64,000 nt of DNA from Methanotrichaceae archaeon (GTDB lineage Archaea; Halobacteriota; Methanosarcinia; Methanotrichales; Methanotrichaceae): contig CAWDLW010000008.1 in assembly GCA_963803145.1 (NCBI GenBank), positions 500,944 through 564,943 on the forward strand, read 5' to 3'. Below the pieces are notes generated by a model. It had not been told where the DNA came from. It ran no database searches and saw nothing but the letters and a program-made list of their open reading frames with translations. This document shows, piece after piece, positions 61,820-64,000 of the stretch. The position numbers were made by a program, and so were the translations under genes. Positions within the stretch are counted from its first letter, which is position 1. Each line of letters begins with the position of its first letter.

Positions 61820-62053
61820 ATGGCGACAAGGATTCTGAAGGTAGGGGAGAGTATTAGCGGTAAGTATGGGGGCATGATACTGGACCCAAATAAAAAATCC
61901 TTTATGTTAATGCTTGGGAACCATGAGATATATCTGCCTAAGGATGTTGGAAATTCTCTGCTGAAGAGGTACGAACAGGGTCATGACACGTTCACGATCC
62001 ATCGTACGATTGATGTTTACGAGATAAAGCCTGAGATAGGAAGGGAGGTATAA
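61820..62053 (+). CDS. Small hypothetical protein
   Basis: GGTGA RBS; globular 77-aa ORF. Confidence 0.7.
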   Translation: MATRILKVGESISGKYGGMILDPNKKSFMLMLGNHEIYLPKDVGNSLLKRYEQGHDTFTIHRTIDVYEIKPEIGREV

Positions 62054-62476
62054 CTGCATAAACGTGTGGTTTATTAGGCAGAGATGGCAGTCGTTTTTTG
62101 CTTACAGCTTGTCCTAAATAATTTTTTAGTTCCGTTTATGATGCCATTCTGAAACGTTGTCTTGCAACTCCAAAATCTCCCCCGAGGAGAAGTGGTCGAT
62201 CATCCAAGTAGCACTTGAAGCCTGCATGGAATCATGTCTTAGGATATCGGAGGAATGTATGTCTTAATTACGCCTGAAGGATAGATCTCATATGATCTTA
62301 GCGATCCTAACAAGCAGAAAATTAGAATTATGGCGAGCGGTCTGTAAATCATGGCCTCTCCATATAGCCCTACTATTTATTTAGACTGTGTTGGTTAGAC
62401 CAGGAATATGCGTGGATATATACCCGCTCTATGTAGTTATAATGATAACTATTGCAATTATATGGTGGCAGGCCAA

Positions 62477-63269
62477 TCAGATAACAGCCTTCACCTTATC
62501 ATAGCTGAACACAGGTCCATCCCGGCACGCGTGATATGGTCCTATCATGCAGTGCTCGCATTTGCCAAGGCCGCACTTCATGTGCCTCTCCATTGAGACA
62601 TAGATATCTGAATGGTTGAAACCGCGTTCCATCAGTTTTTTCGCAACGGCATTAATCATGATCGGCGGCCCACATATCGCCGCAGAGCCGGGGGAAGCTC
62701 AAACCTGTCTATCAGCGATGTTACAAGCCCAACATTCCCCTTCCAGGATTCATCGCCGATATCTACTGTTATCCCAACCTCGACTCCAGCCTGCTGCCAG
62801 CTCTTATACTCCTGCATGAAGTAGAGGTCCTGGCGAGTCCGCGCTCCATACGCAACGGCAACCTTGCCGAACTCTTCACGCTTGTCTACAATGTAGTTGA
62901 CCAACGAGCGCAATGTGGCAAAGCCGGAGCCTCCTCCGGCTATCACTATATCCTTCTTCATGCTTTCGAGCGGAAAGCCGTTGCCACATGGTCCTCTTAT
63001 GCCTAATATGTCTCCGACAAGACAATCCATTATTCCGCTGGTGATTTTCCTGCGCGTCTTATGCAGAGCTGCAGTGTTTTCCGGGTAGGCGAGGAGGTTA
63101 TCGATATGGGACATTCGCCCAGGCCAAATACGGAGACCATAGCGAACTGGCCGGGCTTATAGCGGAACTCTGCACCCTCGTCCAATAGCTTGAGCGAGAT
63201 GAGGTATGTGTTCGGCGACTCGATATCTATATCCACGATCTCTGCCTGCATTGGAATGTATTCGCTCAC
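62477..63269 (-). pseudogene. FAD/NAD(P)-binding 2Fe-2S subunit (AsrB/HydG/PyrK-like), two frameshifts
   Basis: [37 protein letters not shown]...CRDGP across three frames. Confidence 0.8.
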
Positions 63270-64000
63270 CTTGATACCTCCAGGTTCCATCTATCGATCT
63301 CTGCGAGGCATACAATGCCACATCTGCCGCATCCAACACAGCCTACCATGCCTATGTTCTCGGGCAAATACTCAAACTTGTCCATGAACCAGTTCTGCAT
63401 CCTCTCTCCCTGGCTCCTTCTGGGGTTAGCACCGCCAGCCATTCTTGAGAACCCAGAGAAAATGCAGGAGTCGCGGCATCTACGCGCTCGCCATCTGGCA
63501 CGCCGACATTAAATATTAAAGCAATGGCAAACGGGGCAGATAAATGTACAGCCCCCACAGCTCAGGCACTGCCTGCCAATGGCGACCCAATCGGCATTCT
63601 TTATAGCCTTGCGTATCCCCTCAAGGGTCTGTTCCCTTGATTCAGCAACTCTTTTGGCATCATCCACCAGCTTACGCTTTTCAGATATCTGAGATTCTTC
63701 AGGCTGGTGAAAGAACTGGGGATAATCCTTCAATATCAACATGCCCGCAGGCGATCCAGTCTCGATCAGATAGCCCGAGGGAAGTTCAGTCATAAGCAGG
63801 TCATAGCCCTCTTTGCATTCGGGGCCTGACCCCAGCTTTGCACATAAACACTTCTCATCTGGATTGATGCAGTTGAGCGCCACCACAATTGTAGATCTTC
63901 TTTTTTCCAAATACGCAATATCCTGCGGCTCGGAGCCGAATATTCTATCGAGTATTGAGATAGCTTTGAGATCGCAGGGCCTGATCCCAAAAAGCATCCT
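63266..64000 (-). pseudogene. 4Fe-4S dicluster protein (AsrA/HydB-like), disrupted near 63510; 5' end outside window
   Basis: GIRPCD, CLSCGGCTFICPVCHC, then after TAA CRDSC...GCVGCGRCGIVC. Confidence 0.8.

Overview
Archaeal DNA, most consistent with a Methanothrix (Methanosaeta)-like member of the Methanosarcinia (inferred from gene content: connectase, TIGR04083-type radical SAM, archaeal TyrRS, many signal-peptide proteins rich in N-x-S/T sequons). A short housekeeping block (tRNA-Pro, iscS, PUA protein, glyA, folD, connectase, mobA, tyrS; about 41-48 kb) is flanked by accessory DNA. To the left are secreted TPR/HEAT/Ig-like proteins, two acylphosphatase-coiled-coil paralogues with tandem repeats, an IS5 inserted in a decayed HepT/MNT pair, a solo tnpB element, and a ~16.5 kb segment bounded by tRNA-Pro and a degenerate copy of its 3' half (att-like); that segment includes a secreted Asn/Gln repeat protein that looks amyloid-like. 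To the right is an AT-rich defence-like island (48.2-57.5 kb) with a second IS5, an IS1-family element, a DUF4065-DUF488 operon, an orphan MNT and a HEPN nuclease gene bracketed by two 117-bp IS1-type MITEs with a 9-bp outer target duplication (a MITE-built composite transposon). The window ends in frameshifted AsrA/AsrB(HydB/HydG)-like genes. All calls come from reading the sequence by eye; no database searches were run.
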